IMG/VR virus record: IMGVR_UViG_3300042691_034899
Location: 1 to 64,000 of that record
DNA: 64,000 nt
Reading direction: 5' to 3' (one strand)
Origin: a virus
Position numbers and translations under genes: made by a program. This document shows, piece after piece, positions 39,009 to 47,456 of this stretch. Each line of letters starts with the position of its first letter. Within the stretch, counting starts at the first letter, position 1. The notes beneath the pieces were generated by a model. It was not told the DNA's origin. It saw nothing but the letters and a program-made list of their open reading frames with translations, and did not search any database.

Positions 39009-39205
39009 TGGAAAACGTAACAGTAAACATACTAGAGTTAGCTTCAGAGTTAGCACATCAGAAGTTAGTTGACAATTGGTCTGATTCTATAAAGATTTTT
39101 GAAGATGATCAAGCTACCGTAACCAACTATACAGATCAGGCTCAGGATATATTCAATGATTATTACGATCATTACTTTGAACTAATTAAATCTATTTCAG
39201 AATAA
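39008..39205 (+). CDS. Hypothetical protein
   Basis: 65 aa coupled ORF. Confidence 0.55.
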   Translation: MENVTVNILELASELAHQKLVDNWSDSIKIFEDDQATVTNYTDQAQDIFNDYYDHYFELIKSISE

Positions 39206-39242
39206 TTATTGCAAAATATTTGTATAGTATTAAAACTTTAAT

Positions 39243-39250
39243 TACATTTG
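39243..39250 (+). promoter_or_regulatory. -7 promoter element 4 nt before ATG
   Basis: TACATTTG-tcac-ATG. Confidence 0.55.
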
Positions 39251-39254
39251 TCAC

Positions 39255-39959
39255 ATGAGAAAGGTTTTTAAATCAGGTGAAAATATTCACATATTCAGAT
39301 TAGGATCTACAACAAACAAAAAGATTTGTGCTGATCCAAAAGAAAAGATTGTGCAGACGTATGCATTTTCTATACAACAGTTTGAATACGTTGTGAATGG
39401 TGGTGCAAGTCTAAAGGAATTCTTTGATCTTGCAAATAGTAATTGTATTGATTGTCCTATGCGATCTTATGGTAAATGTTATACCCATAAGTTTACACAA
39501 GCAAGAGGTTTTCTATCTATGCTCAGATCAATTGGTAAAGAGTTTAATTCTATAGGTGATGTCCCTAGCTACGATCAATCTATTCACGATACAATTGTAG
39601 CAATGTGTACAGACAAGTATGTTAGATTCGGTACGTATGGTGAGCCAGTCTTGCATGGTATTAACCTAGCATCTGATATTGTTGGTGTTGCTAAATCTTG
39701 GACGGGTTACACTCATCAATGGATCAGGAATCCTGAATTCAAAGGGATGTTTATGGCATCTGTTCATACACCACAAATGGAACAGAAAGCTATGGGATTT
39801 GGTTGGAGATCATTCATATCTATTGACAGTCACGTTGATAACTATGTTAATTGTCCAGCTTCTGAAGAGGGAGGCAAGAAGGCTTCATGTGATAAGTGTG
39901 GCTTGTGTAGCGGATCAAATGGTAAAGGTAAAAAGAGTATTTATATTTTAACACATTAG
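39255..39959 (+). CDS. Cys-rich gp88-like (radical-SAM-related fold) phage protein
   Basis: CxDCP...CY, RFGTYGE, TGYTHQW and CPA...CDKCGLC motifs. Confidence 0.55.
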   Translation: MRKVFKSGENIHIFRLGSTTNKKICADPKEKIVQTYAFSIQQFEYVVNGGASLKEFFDLANSNCIDCPMRSYGKCYTHKFTQARGFLSMLRSIGKEFNSIGDVPSYDQSIHDTIVAMCTDKYVRFGTYGEPVLHGINLASDIVGVAKSWTGYTHQWIRNPEFKGMFMASVHTPQMEQKAMGFGWRSFISIDSHVDNYVNCPASEEGGKKASCDKCGLCSGSNGKGKKSIYILTH

Positions 39960-39960
39960 T

Positions 39961-40143
39961 ATGAAAGCAAGTGTAAGAGAAGTAATGGAAGATTACGGAT
40001 TCGATTCCATTCAGGATTTGATCGAATCATTTATGTTCGAATCAATTGTGCCAGCATGTTGCTCACATGGTTGTGAAGTTGAGCCTGATGGTAAGTGTGA
40101 ACATGGTTATAATTCAATATTAATAGAAGTAGGAATAGTATGA
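39961..40143 (+). CDS. Hypothetical protein
   Basis: GCEVEPDG.C.HG motif. Confidence 0.6.
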   Translation: MKASVREVMEDYGFDSIQDLIESFMFESIVPACCSHGCEVEPDGKCEHGYNSILIEVGIV

Positions 40144-40658
40144 AACAGAAGAAAGCATTAAGAACATCAGGTTCGTTTTTCAATTGGTTAATGAGTAACA
40201 ACGAATCAGTTCCAAAGGTTGGTGAATGGGCAACGATTTGCCATTGGTCAGACAGAGACGTATGTAAAGTAGTTGAGGTATCAGATGATCTTAAACGTGT
40301 GAAGATCGAACACTACTCAACTGTAGCACATGAGTCAGCTAAAGAGATCGGAATGGGGCATCAGAATTGGGTGCATACACCAAACGGTAACTTTCAGACA
40401 CTTGTTTATCGAAACGGTGGATGGAGAATTGAAGGAAGCCAAGTTGTATTCACAAAGGAATTCATTGCAAAAGCAGAGAGTGAAGGGAACGAATGGATGT
40501 TGTCAAAGTCATTGACCGAAGATCAAAAATCTGAAATTTATAATGATGATTATCGTCCGCAAAATGTAGTTGAGGGTATAACAAGACTTAAGAAAACATA
40601 TAGTAAAATAAATATATTGTTCGGCGAGTGTAACTACCACTACGATTGGTCTTTCTAA
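40140..40658 (+). CDS. Hypothetical protein
   Basis: 172 aa; WSDR...YDWSF. Confidence 0.6.
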   Translation: MKQKKALRTSGSFFNWLMSNNESVPKVGEWATICHWSDRDVCKVVEVSDDLKRVKIEHYSTVAHESAKEIGMGHQNWVHTPNGNFQTLVYRNGGWRIEGSQVVFTKEFIAKAESEGNEWMLSKSLTEDQKSEIYNDDYRPQNVVEGITRLKKTYSKINILFGECNYHYDWSF

Positions 40659-40690
40659 AATAGTAAGTAATAATAAATAAAAATAAAATC

Positions 40691-41233
40691 ATGGCAAGTA
40701 AAATAACACAACAGCAACAACAAATTATTGATCTAATGATTAATGAATTTCAAAAGATTAATTTATCTAAGCCTAAAGGTTCAGGCTTAGTTGATTGGAA
40801 TAGTATCAACAGTGAACTAGATGAGTGGAATTCTTTTGAGAAGAGTATTGAGATAAAGAATCAACAAATGTTAGCTTTGATTGAATCTGAAATAGCCTCT
40901 ACACATGGCAAATTAGTAGATGAGTTAAGTGATATTTTTAGTTATATTAAAACTCCATCAGTAGAAAGAGGAATTGATTATGGTTGGCATTGGTATCTCC
41001 GCCATAAAGAATGGGGTGATGATTGTATTCAAATCTACCTTAGTGTAATTCGTGGAGCGCATTGGTCTAAGTGTAATAATTTTAAAATAGAAGAGATAAA
41101 AGGGTTTGAATATAGCGGATATGTAAAGAGGGGTATTCATAGTGTTAAGATTCCAGAGTACTCTACGATAGAGGAACTATTCAAATTTGATTCAGTAATT
41201 GACAGAATTAAATATGTTATATCAAACAAATAA
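40691..41233 (+). CDS. Hypothetical protein
   Basis: 180 aa ORF. Confidence 0.6.
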   Translation: MASKITQQQQQIIDLMINEFQKINLSKPKGSGLVDWNSINSELDEWNSFEKSIEIKNQQMLALIESEIASTHGKLVDELSDIFSYIKTPSVERGIDYGWHWYLRHKEWGDDCIQIYLSVIRGAHWSKCNNFKIEEIKGFEYSGYVKRGIHSVKIPEYSTIEELFKFDSVIDRIKYVISNK

Positions 41234-41237
41234 AATC

Positions 41238-41444
41238 ATGGAAAAAGAAACAAGAGTATATGGTATAGATTCCAGCAGAATTTACGATGGGATTACGTTA
41301 ACTAGACTACAAGATCATGAACTAAGTGATGAAGAGTTTATGAGTTTAAGCGAGGCACATGGATTAGTATGGAGCTTAAAAGGTTTCGCCCACGCTTACA
41401 ATATCGATGACATTAGTTATGATGTATACATAAGATTCATTTAA
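41238..41444 (+). CDS. Hypothetical protein
   Basis: Start moved to ATG 41238. Confidence 0.55.
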   Translation: MEKETRVYGIDSSRIYDGITLTRLQDHELSDEEFMSLSEAHGLVWSLKGFAHAYNIDDISYDVYIRFI

Positions 41445-41453
41445 AATAAAGTC

Positions 41454-41672
41454 ATGCAATTAGTAACTGTATATTACAATGATATCTTTATCTCTGTAAC
41501 AAGGGATGACGAACCATTTGAAGTGTATGAGAATTGTCCATACGTAAATCTTCCAATTGAAATAGCTGAAGATATAGCTAGTGAAAAAATTAATAGCCAT
41601 GAGTGGGAATCTTATTTGATTCCTGAGTTAACAACAAGAAAAATAATTTACCATGAGGATAGCAACGGTTAA
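41454..41672 (+). CDS. Hypothetical protein
   Basis: 72 aa ORF. Confidence 0.5.
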   Translation: MQLVTVYYNDIFISVTRDDEPFEVYENCPYVNLPIEIAEDIASEKINSHEWESYLIPELTTRKIIYHEDSNG

Positions 41673-41847
41673 AGAATTAAAAGAAATCTTATCAAGTCTG
41701 AATGACAACGATGATGTTGTTATTGAAACAATAGATGAGAATGGAGACGCAATTGATTTGTATCCTATGTATGTGGATGTAATCGAAGTCTCTGATGGGT
41801 TCAATGAGGTAAGGCTATGCCAAATGAGCCAAGAGTTTTTTAAATAG
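41653..41847 (+). CDS. Hypothetical phage protein
   Basis: TVKELKEILSSL.D.D.V N-terminus, similar to 31286..31507. Confidence 0.55.
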   Translation: MRIATVKELKEILSSLNDNDDVVIETIDENGDAIDLYPMYVDVIEVSDGFNEVRLCQMSQEFFK

Positions 41848-41859
41848 TAAACTAGAAAC

Positions 41860-42060
41860 ATGAAGACGTTTGTAATCGTAGATGAATTTGATAATCATTG
41901 CTTTAGTAATCATGAGTTTAATTCATACGAAGATGCTTGGGATTTTTTATACGTTAAGTTTCCAGTCATTCGAAATGAAGATGGGACTCAAGATGACAGA
42001 GAAGAGGAATTAGATTCATATTTTGTAATATTAAAAACAAGTAACAATGAAAACAATTGA
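41860..42060 (+). CDS. Hypothetical protein
   Basis: 66 aa ORF. Confidence 0.55.
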   Translation: MKTFVIVDEFDNHCFSNHEFNSYEDAWDFLYVKFPVIRNEDGTQDDREEELDSYFVILKTSNNENN

Positions 42061-42403
42061 AGAAAAAAACAGAATGATTTCTGAGTTTATGGGATACGAA
42101 ACTTATGAACATACGAATAGTATATCCATAAGAATAACGGAAGGAAACGAATTTAATTCCTCAGATATTGGACACGTACATACAAAATTCCACACATCTT
42201 GGGATTGGTTGATGCCAGTAATTGAGAAGATAGAAAGGTTGGGATTTACTGTAGAGAAAAACTTTCAACCTATAGATAACGATTGGCAATGTCTAGTAGT
42301 AAAAGGTAACGATATATTGTTTCAGGAATTTAACGAGCAGTCAATACAAGCTATGCACTATGTGGTTGTTGAATTTATCGAAATGTATAACCAAAAAAAC
42401 TAG
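42047..42403 (+). CDS. MKTIEEKN/SWDWLMPV family paralog 1
   Basis: Shares three constant blocks with the next two genes. Confidence 0.75.
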   Translation: MKTIEEKNRMISEFMGYETYEHTNSISIRITEGNEFNSSDIGHVHTKFHTSWDWLMPVIEKIERLGFTVEKNFQPIDNDWQCLVVKGNDILFQEFNEQSIQAMHYVVVEFIEMYNQKN

Positions 42404-42407
42404 AAGT

Positions 42408-42716
42408 ATGAAAACAATTGAAGAAAAAAACAGAATGATTTCTGAGTTTATGGGTATGCAAGAGACTAAAATAGGATGGTATGACGCTGAAGAAAACCTG
42501 CCACTCGAATATACAACTGATAATACATTTGACGAGTTGTTATTTAATAAGTCTTGGGATTGGTTGATGCCAGTAGTAGCTAAAATAACAAGGGATGAAG
42601 AATTCATTGATGATGATTTTAGAGAATCCGTATTAGATGTTGTTGGATTTGGTCGTATAGATGATACCTATAGAGTAGTAGTAGAATTCATCGAAATGTA
42701 TAACCAACAAAACTAG
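42408..42716 (+). CDS. MKTIEEKN/SWDWLMPV family paralog 2
   Basis: Start moved to ATG 42408 by homology. Confidence 0.75.
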   Translation: MKTIEEKNRMISEFMGMQETKIGWYDAEENLPLEYTTDNTFDELLFNKSWDWLMPVVAKITRDEEFIDDDFRESVLDVVGFGRIDDTYRVVVEFIEMYNQQN

Positions 42717-42720
42717 AAAC

Positions 42721-43077
42721 ATGAAAACAATTGAAGAAAAAAACAGAATGATTGCAGAGTTTATGGGGTTCATAAAGGATGATGAGAATTTATACCTTAT
42801 AAACGACTACAGACTCAGAAGTGAGTCAGAGTATCAAGCAACTTACGTTAGTGAAATGAAATTCCACATCTCATGGGATTGGCTTATGCCAGTAGTTGAG
42901 AAGATTGAGAACATTGGATTCAGCGTGAAGATTCAGCGACTTAAGACAAGCATTCACCCTCTAGTTGAAGACAAGGAGTTGTTTGGTTTTGTGTGCGGTG
43001 ATGTATCTAAGAAACTTGAAATTACATACGACACGATTGTGCAATTCATCGAATTTTATAACCAAAAAAACAAGTAA
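42721..43077 (+). CDS. MKTIEEKN/SWDWLMPV family paralog 3
   Basis: Same constant blocks. Confidence 0.75.
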   Translation: MKTIEEKNRMIAEFMGFIKDDENLYLINDYRLRSESEYQATYVSEMKFHISWDWLMPVVEKIENIGFSVKIQRLKTSIHPLVEDKELFGFVCGDVSKKLEITYDTIVQFIEFYNQKNK

Positions 43078-43079
43078 CC

Positions 43080-43259
43080 ATGAGAATTACAGAACAACCA
43101 ATTACAGCAGATAACTTGTTTGAGCAAATGGCTCTTATGACTAAAAAGAAACTTGTTGAGCAAGGGGTATTGCCTTCTGATGCTGACAAGATTGCTATTG
43201 AGTTTGTAAAAGAACGTGGAGAAAAAGTTATTAAAAACGTAGTTAACAAAGACAAGTAA
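43080..43259 (+). CDS. Hypothetical protein (59 aa)
   Basis: Hand-translated MRITEQPIT...VNKDK; fills the gap exactly. Confidence 0.6.
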   Translation: MRITEQPITADNLFEQMALMTKKKLVEQGVLPSDADKIAIEFVKERGEKVIKNVVNKDK

Positions 43260-43516
43260 TGACAGCAGAACAGCAAGCAGAAAAACTAATTGATGAAGCG
43301 TATCAATATGCACCATCTTCAGGAGGAACAAAAGAAGCAATTTCTATAATGATTGCAATTTGGTGTGCAGAAAAAATAGCATCAAGTATTGGTTTTTCTG
43401 TTAATGATGAATATTGGTCTGATGTAATTAAATACCTAAACAACAAGAATAGTATTAACCAAAAAACAAGTAACCATGAAGAGATTCAGAACACTATACC
43501 TGATAGAACATGCTGA
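43259..43516 (+). CDS. Hypothetical phage protein
   Basis: MTAEQQAEKLI...YW..V pattern; C-terminus possibly extended by a homopolymer slip. Confidence 0.55.
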   Translation: MTAEQQAEKLIDEAYQYAPSSGGTKEAISIMIAIWCAEKIASSIGFSVNDEYWSDVIKYLNNKNSINQKTSNHEEIQNTIPDRTC

Positions 43517-43712
43517 TCACATGTATGGAACAATGCATGTATGTGCATTAACTAGACGAGCAAGTCTTAAGTACTTCATATGTATTCAAGGAGAGATCCA
43601 TGAATTTGGAGATGACGATAGCTACAAAGTATGGGAGAATAACATATTGAATGTTGTTGAGAAAGCTAGAGAAATTTGTGAGAAAAATAACTTTGACCTC
43701 TGGTCTTATTAA
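43476..43712 (+). CDS. Hypothetical protein
   Basis: 78 aa after a junction motif. Confidence 0.55.
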   Translation: MKRFRTLYLIEHADHMYGTMHVCALTRRASLKYFICIQGEIHEFGDDDSYKVWENNILNVVEKAREICEKNNFDLWSY

Positions 43713-43885
43713 ACTATGGAAATGAGTGAAAAAAATTTGATCAGAACACTATTGTTCTACAGTGAGATGCTGTCAGACAAAAGAAAATCAGAAGAGTTTC
43801 AAAAAGAAATGGAAAACTTAGGATTGACGTTCGACTATTATGTTCGGGCGATGGAACAAGCAAGAGAATATTTAAACAAATAGTT

Positions 43886-44122
43886 ATGGAAACAAGTAGA
43901 GAAATTGCAATTGCTAACGCAAAGTTAGTATTGAAACAAGCAGGTTATTTCGTTGACAATCTTTGGCACATTGATGACGTTAAACTACGTTACAATTGTA
44001 CAGACAATGATCAGGCCCAGGATATTTTAAATGGTGCGTTAACCAATGATGCCACTATGGGGCAAATATGGTTTGCAATTGATATGGTTGCACAAGATGA
44101 AGGTTTAACTCTAAAAGATTAG
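43886..44122 (+). CDS. Hypothetical protein
   Basis: 78 aa; LW..DDV pattern. Confidence 0.55.
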   Translation: METSREIAIANAKLVLKQAGYFVDNLWHIDDVKLRYNCTDNDQAQDILNGALTNDATMGQIWFAIDMVAQDEGLTLKD

Positions 44123-44124
44123 TT

Positions 44125-44307
44125 ATGAAAGATAATATCTATCACGTATCCGTATTGCCATACAGACATGGTATATACAAAGTTGCCGTTGAGATGAACA
44201 ACGGTATGAAAGTTACATTAGTAGTAACAGACATGGAGATCATTGATCAATGGAAGGATGGTAACCAAGAGCCTTTATATGAATATATTTTAAGACGAGT
44301 ACAATGA
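44125..44307 (+). CDS. Hypothetical protein
   Basis: 60 aa ORF. Confidence 0.5.
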   Translation: MKDNIYHVSVLPYRHGIYKVAVEMNNGMKVTLVVTDMEIIDQWKDGNQEPLYEYILRRVQ

Positions 44308-44690
44308 GTAGAGCATTCAAAGTAAGATTCCATCTAGGACTAGGTGATAACTTTATGAAATGGCGTGTAGAGAATATGAATACAAATGAGGTTCAGTTCT
44401 TTGATCCTCAAGTTTACTCCATAAAAATGAATGACTGTAAGCTACACAATCAAAGAGGATCTGCTGAAAAGATCTTTGATGGCGGATATAAAACAGTATG
44501 CGCATGGATCATGGCATCTAGGATTCAGCTATTGATTGGTGATTCTGGAGACAATATTCCAGTCAGCAAAAGGCTTATGTATAATCCTAGAGTTACACCT
44601 AATTGGACTGACAGTAAGAATACTAACATCGACAAGAAAGAGTTTAAGTCTCTTGTTACTTGTGGTAAAAAATTATTTATAAATGGCTGA
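44304..44690 (+). CDS. Hypothetical protein
   Basis: 128 aa with ATGA overlap. Confidence 0.6.
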   Translation: MSRAFKVRFHLGLGDNFMKWRVENMNTNEVQFFDPQVYSIKMNDCKLHNQRGSAEKIFDGGYKTVCAWIMASRIQLLIGDSGDNIPVSKRLMYNPRVTPNWTDSKNTNIDKKEFKSLVTCGKKLFING

Positions 44691-45003
44691 TATTAAAAAA
44701 TTAGTAGCAGAGAAGATTCAAAATGATCTGCGAGAAAACAATACAGATAGTCTATATGACCTTCTAGTATACATAGAATATTCAGATCTGCTTAAGTTTA
44801 TACCAAAAGATTTGTGGCATAAATTCAGCAAAGGTTTTTGTTGTGATGCTTGTCAGGAGTCAGTATTTCCATGGGATGTCTTTAGGGGTGTAGAAGGAAA
44901 AGATTTATGTGTTACTTGTCTGTTCGAAGTTAAAACACCAACTGACCTTAGACTTGGTAAACTGTTAAACGATGATAGTGATGGGGATGAGACGAAGGGG
45001 TAG
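44683..45003 (+). CDS. Hypothetical protein with Zn finger
   Basis: CDAC...CVTC. Confidence 0.55.
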   Translation: MADIKKLVAEKIQNDLRENNTDSLYDLLVYIEYSDLLKFIPKDLWHKFSKGFCCDACQESVFPWDVFRGVEGKDLCVTCLFEVKTPTDLRLGKLLNDDSDGDETKG

Positions 45004-45004
45004 A

Positions 45005-45184
45005 ATGACTAGAACGATGCTACTATTAAAAGCTTTACAAATACTATTAGCATTAGAAGGTATCTTTATATTAGTAAATGCGATTAAGCTATCTGGTAAT
45101 CAATTCTTTCAGGTATTTATAGGATCTGGGACTATTATAGTAGCAGCACTATTTTCAAAAATAAAAGGTTTAGAAGATGACTAG
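45005..45184 (+). CDS. Small membrane protein (2 TM)
   Basis: Hydrophobic; start moved to 45005. Confidence 0.5.
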   Translation: MTRTMLLLKALQILLALEGIFILVNAIKLSGNQFFQVFIGSGTIIVAALFSKIKGLEDD

Positions 45185-45545
45185 AATAAACTGTGGTATA
45201 CCACCAAAGACTCTGCACAATAAGCATTTGATTGCTGAGCATAGAGAGATAAAAAGAATACCTAATGTAATAAAGTCTGGTAGGTATTCACTTAAAAATC
45301 AGCCTCTTATATTTACACTCGGTGAAGGTCACGTTAAATTTTTCTATGATAAATTAGAGTTCCTAAGAAAAAGATACATATCTTTGTATGACGAATGCAT
45401 AGCTAGAGGTTTTAACGTAACCAACTACATTGATGCGTGGGATAACATTCCTGATAAATTCATGAATGACTATTCACCTACGTCCAATGATACAAGAATT
45501 GTGCAAGAAAGAATTAACGAAAGAATTAAAAACTTTAAGCAATGA
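45177..45545 (+). CDS. denV: Pyrimidine-dimer DNA glycosylase (T4 endonuclease V-like)
   Basis: MTRIN...L...HL.AE.RE..RI, F.LG.GHV.FFYDKL.FL.KRY..L..EC..RGF; catalytic Thr2 and Glu present. Confidence 0.9.
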   Translation: MTRINCGIPPKTLHNKHLIAEHREIKRIPNVIKSGRYSLKNQPLIFTLGEGHVKFFYDKLEFLRKRYISLYDECIARGFNVTNYIDAWDNIPDKFMNDYSPTSNDTRIVQERINERIKNFKQ

Positions 45546-45808
45546 GTTATCCAGAAATAGTACAGAACATTATTGATAATACTGGCGATACATACTCAGA
45601 ATGTAAGCAAGCGATAATGGATCTAAATAGAAATGGTTGGACAGCAGAAATGGATTTAAGTGGAGAGTTGTACCATGTAAGGCCAATGTTTGTAAAGGTT
45701 GAAATTCCTTATGTAGAGAATGAAGACACTGGAGAGTTGTCTATCTCTTTAAAAGCATTAGAAGAAATTATTGAAGAAGAAATTAAAAAAGTAAAAAGAA
45801 TATTATGA
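45542..45808 (+). CDS. Hypothetical protein
   Basis: 88 aa coupled ORF. Confidence 0.55.
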   Translation: MSYPEIVQNIIDNTGDTYSECKQAIMDLNRNGWTAEMDLSGELYHVRPMFVKVEIPYVENEDTGELSISLKALEEIIEEEIKKVKRIL

Positions 45809-46053
45809 CAGAGATTTTAGATAGAAGAGTTTACTATTCAATGAAGGATAGGAGAATATCCACATTGGACTTACATTCAGCTTTGGAAAAAGTTGGTGTA
45901 GACATTCCAAAAAGAACATTGCAATATCATCTTGACAATGATTTCAGAACCACAACTGATGAAAGGTTAAAGTATGTAGCAACGTACATGATCAGGAATT
46001 ACGATAATTTGATTGAAGAACTAAAAAATAAAGTAGAAAAACATGGAGCCTAA
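45805..46053 (+). CDS. Hypothetical protein, possible HTH
   Basis: DIPKRTLQYHL. Confidence 0.5.
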   Translation: MTEILDRRVYYSMKDRRISTLDLHSALEKVGVDIPKRTLQYHLDNDFRTTTDERLKYVATYMIRNYDNLIEELKNKVEKHGA

Positions 46054-46137
46054 TTTAATTCAGAAGATTGCGATGGCCGTAATATACGTACCATTTTTAA
46101 TACTTGTTATTGATCAATTACTTAAAAAACTAAAAGG

Positions 46138-46656
46138 ATGAAAAATTTAAATACTAATAATATCGTAAAGCTGGTTACGATAATCTTTATGATTATAATA
46201 ACAGTACTGTATGTAACTGAAGACAAAGAGAAAGTTAAGGTTATAGTAATTCAAAAAGAGGCTGTTAAAGATACAGTTGAGCATAACATTATATCAAAGG
46301 AGTCACTGATGAATTGTTTAAATGATTTCAAGGTAAAGTTTCCTCATATTGTATTGGCGCAAGCTGTTCTTGAGTCTGGTCATTTTAAATCTGATGTATT
46401 CCTTAGTCACAATAATCTTTTTGGAATGAAGATAGCAGGATCTAGACCTACAACAGCATTAAACAGTGGATCTGGATATGCAAAGTATGAAAGCTGGATG
46501 ATGTCTGTACTTGACTATGCTTTATTTCAGTCAGCATTTATGAGAAAGATAAATACTGAGGCAGAGTACTTTAAGTATTTAGCAAAGAATTATGCTCAGG
46601 ATCCTGGGTACATTAGTAAACTAAAAGAGATAGCATCAGAATGGAATCAGCACTAG
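46138..46656 (+). CDS. GH73 glucosaminidase-like peptidoglycan hydrolase with N-terminal TM anchor
   Basis: AQAVLESG, NNLFGMK, Y.SW..SV.DY and YAQDP.Y motifs. Confidence 0.85.
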   Translation: MKNLNTNNIVKLVTIIFMIIITVLYVTEDKEKVKVIVIQKEAVKDTVEHNIISKESLMNCLNDFKVKFPHIVLAQAVLESGHFKSDVFLSHNNLFGMKIAGSRPTTALNSGSGYAKYESWMMSVLDYALFQSAFMRKINTEAEYFKYLAKNYAQDPGYISKLKEIASEWNQH

Positions 46657-46889
46657 ACTTTTTCAGAAGAGGGGAATCAATACTTAGAATTGAACTCCAA
46701 GATAATGAGATTACACTTGGTGAGTATGCTGTTAAGCACTCTATGCTTTACCAAAAGGCTAAAGAGATGGATAAAGAGCAAAGAGAAAAAATATTTAAAC
46801 AAGCACAAGAATGTTCGGTTAAAGCTGACGGTGTTTATTTTAAATATGAATTTTTTGAGCAATTAGATGAAACCTTTAAATCAGAATAG
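46641..46889 (+). CDS. QTAVEWL/ETFKSE family-related protein
   Basis: KAKEMDKEQ...ETFKSE. Confidence 0.6.
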   Translation: MESALDFFRRGESILRIELQDNEITLGEYAVKHSMLYQKAKEMDKEQREKIFKQAQECSVKADGVYFKYEFFEQLDETFKSE

Positions 46890-46890
46890 T

Positions 46891-47160
46891 ATGAAACAGT
46901 TTATTTTAATAATCCTAACATTCATATTGTTTGGATGTTCTAAAGAACCTAAACAGGTTTATGATACAGAGATTAAGACTTATAGAATTAGTCATAAAGA
47001 AGAAGAGCATCATAAGCTTTCCAATGCTTACTATATACACTTTCAAACTCCAACTTCAACTGAGAGAGCTGAGGTTAGCCAATCAAACTATAATAAGTAT
47101 AAAGTAGGCGATACTATTCAAGTGTTAATTAAGTATTGGGAAAAACCTAAAAAGAAGTGA
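46891..47160 (+). CDS. Putative lipoprotein
   Basis: MKQFILIILTFILFG-C lipobox; start moved to 46891. Confidence 0.65.
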   Translation: MKQFILIILTFILFGCSKEPKQVYDTEIKTYRISHKEEEHHKLSNAYYIHFQTPTSTERAEVSQSNYNKYKVGDTIQVLIKYWEKPKKK

Positions 47161-47161
47161 T

Positions 47162-47407
47162 ATGGCAAATAAACAGCAGACAGCAGTAGAATGGTTGGAG
47201 CAAGAACTTTTAAAACCTAATATAGTTATATCTACTATAATTGATAAAGCCAAAGCAATGGAGAAGGAGCAATGTTTAAAGATGTTGCCTTATGATTTGA
47301 ATGAGTTGGCTGAAAAAGCTTGTCCTGATGTAATATCTTCTGCTCATTCAGCATATAAAGCAGGCTTCCAAAAAGCAATTGAGTTATTAACCTTTAAATC
47401 AGAATAA
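47162..47407 (+). CDS. QTAVEWL/TFKSE family protein
   Basis: QTAVEWL...KAKAMEKEQ...LTFKSE. Confidence 0.65.
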   Translation: MANKQQTAVEWLEQELLKPNIVISTIIDKAKAMEKEQCLKMLPYDLNELAEKACPDVISSAHSAYKAGFQKAIELLTFKSE

Positions 47408-47456
47408 CCACAGAGTATCATCAATGACACTTTGTTAACCTTTAAATCAGAATAAA

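Larger units (their letters stand above)
41849..43478 (+). repeat. Gene-junction motif family B: (T)AAC(C)AAAAAAAC-AAGTAAC/TAGAA-n-ATG
   Basis: Full or partial copies before ATGs at 41860, 42047, 42408, 42721, 43080, 43259 and 43476. Confidence 0.7.

Noticed and set aside
42047-43077. Diversity-generating retroelement template/variable repeats
   Set aside because: Differences are whole unalignable segments rather than adenine-specific substitutions, and there is no reverse transcriptase in the window.
47387-47455. Mini CRISPR array
   Set aside because: Only two adjacent repeats; the other copies are dispersed at gene junctions and no cas genes are present. The PD-(D/E)XK nuclease is a common stand-alone phage type.
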